This document shows positions 37,802-38,822 of a DNA stretch of 38,822 nucleotides, piece by piece. The position numbers were made by a program, and so were the translations under genes. A model generated the notes under the pieces. That model saw nothing but the letters and a program-made list of their open reading frames with translations, had not been told where the DNA came from and did no database searches. How positions within the stretch are numbered: position 1 is the stretch's first letter; each line of letters starts with the position of its first letter. The DNA comes from a candidate division WOR-3 bacterium (GTDB lineage Bacteria; Hydrothermota; UBA3072; B12-G15): positions 1-38,822 of the forward strand of contig CBFGJG010000016.1 of the NCBI GenBank assembly GCA_965649055.1, in the 5' to 3' direction.

Positions 37802-38427
37802 AAATTAAAAGAAAGACCTGTATTTATCCACAGGAAAATCCCGCCATAATCAGGAAAGGTAACCTTTGTTCCATCAAATTCTTTTACTTTATCCTTGTTT
37901 GTCCAGAGATTTATGAAGATATCAGAAGATGGAAATTCAATAAAAAAATATTCAAAAAGATAGGTTCTTATCCTTGGAAAAATATTTAAAGAGAATGATT
38001 TTGATATGTATTTTTCTTCTTCAGGGACTGCTTTTTTAGTAGTGTTTTTCCATATCTCCATATCCGTAAATCCTGCTCCCAAACCAAGAACTGGTTTTAT
38101 CTTTATAAAAGACTTTTTAAATGGATGAACAGAAAAATCATAATAAAACCTTGTTGAAATTAAAGTTCCTTTCAGGTTTTCCTTATCACCTTCTATAAAA
38201 TTATTTGTTTTAAGGTGCATTGAATCTAATTGAACATTTATATAAATAAAAGAAAAATCATATTTTACTGGATTCTTAAGATTTAAACCAGAATAAAAAG
38301 TTATATTAGAAGGACCAATATTTCTAAATGAATTCTGCATAAGTTCTGATAGTTCGATTCCTATACGGAACTCATTCTTTTCGTATGAAAAAAGAAATTC
38401 CACTACTATTGCTATAGTTAAAAACAT
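37798..38427 (-). CDS. Hypothetical exported protein, probable small beta-barrel
   Basis: PVLGLGAG strand, C-terminal INTGLSFNF. Confidence 0.62.
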   Translation of the reverse strand: MFLTIAIVVEFLFSYEKNEFRIGIELSELMQNSFRNIGPSNITFYSGLNLKNPVKYDFSFIYINVQLDSMHLKTNNFIEGDKENLKGTLISTRFYYDFSVHPFKKSFIKIKPVLGLGAGFTDMEIWKNTTKKAVPEEEKYISKSFSLNIFPRIRTYLFEYFFIEFPSSDIFINLWTNKDKVKEFDGTKVTFPDYGGIFLWINTGLSFNF

Positions 38428-38450
38428 CTTTCTAATATCCTTTTTAAATT

Positions 38451-38478
38451 ATTATAAAATAATAAATATAAATGTCAA
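38451..38478 (-). promoter_or_regulatory. Consensus promoter of ORF 38427
   Basis: Minus strand TTGACA-N16-TATAAT. Confidence 0.75.
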
Positions 38479-38582
38479 GTTAATTAAAACTTTAAAAAAG
38501 GGAGTAAAATAAATTTTGTGTAAAAATAAAAATTATGTGTAATTTAATTATTGATGGAATAAATAAATATAGGGTGATAAAG

Positions 38583-38614
38583 AAAAAAAGTCAGGTTCTC
38601 AAGGAGAACCTGAC
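38583..38614 (-). terminator. 11-bp hairpin in the IS leader, with a U-tract on the minus strand
   Basis: GTCAGGTTCTC-AAG-GAGAACCTGAC (38590-38614) preceded by A7. Confidence 0.6.
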
Positions 38615-38648
38615 CAAAAATTTAACCATTAACCATAGGAGGTTAAAC

Positions 38649-38822
38649 ATGAATAAAGAAAGTCTAACCACCCTTATTAATAATTTAATACAAAAACTTG
38701 CTCATGGCAAGTTAAATTCAAAAGATTTTTATGAAGAGGTAAAAGCAAATGTTCTCCCTATGATTTTGAATACGATAATGAAAGAAGAAAGAGAGATATT
38801 CCTTAAAAGCAATGAAGGAGAA
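38649..38822 (+). CDS. Probable IS256-family transposase, N-terminal 58 aa (partial)
   Basis: SD AGGAGG; MNKESL...ILNTIMKEEREIFLKSNEGE resembles the IS256 N-terminal 'mxxEreifL' segment; open at the window end. Confidence 0.62.
   Translation, partial: MNKESLTTLINNLIQKLAHGKLNSKDFYEEVKANVLPMILNTIMKEEREIFLKSNEGE

Larger units (their letters stand above)
38500..38822 (+). mobile_element. Left end of a probable IS256-family insertion sequence (truncated by the window)
   Basis: IR-like GGGAGTAAAATAAATTTTGTGTAAAA (38500-38525) resembling IS256-family ends, in an AT-rich target, followed by a transposase-like ORF. Confidence 0.65.

Noticed and set aside
37824..37832. Perfect DnaA box TTATCCACA
   Set aside because: Single, intragenic and expected by chance.

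Overview
Low-GC diderm bacterial chromosome segment (LPS heptose genes present) spanning the replication origin. It carries dnaA-dnaN with DnaA-box clusters on both sides of dnaA, and two perfect parS sites about 4.7 kb to the right. Left of the origin: an MCP, a cyclase-DUF62-hsp20-lon cluster, an unusual unit tRNA-Ile / ORF / tRNA-Ala / two GT9 genes / gmhB / asnB, a stand-alone 5S rRNA, and secA, purA, dnaE, corC-like and DUF502 genes. Right of the origin: tldD-pmbA, a UbiA-family gene with an apparent non-canonical start, an aldehyde dehydrogenase, a divergent tryptophanase-family enzyme, two orphan histidine kinases, several unknown exported proteins, and the left end of an IS256-family element at the window edge. 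Main observations: (1) rRNA-spacer tRNAs and 5S sit apart from 16S/23S, and tRNA-Ala overlaps a stop codon; (2) promoters consistently use a 16-bp spacer and several mRNAs appear leaderless; (3) putative signal peptides are very short and SecA has a 4-Cys insertion; (4) the DUF62 and TnaA/TPL-family enzymes have substituted catalytic residues; (5) a strong terminator lies inside a coding region upstream of the lyase. No CRISPR, prophage or defence island was seen. All family assignments are by motif recognition, without database searches.
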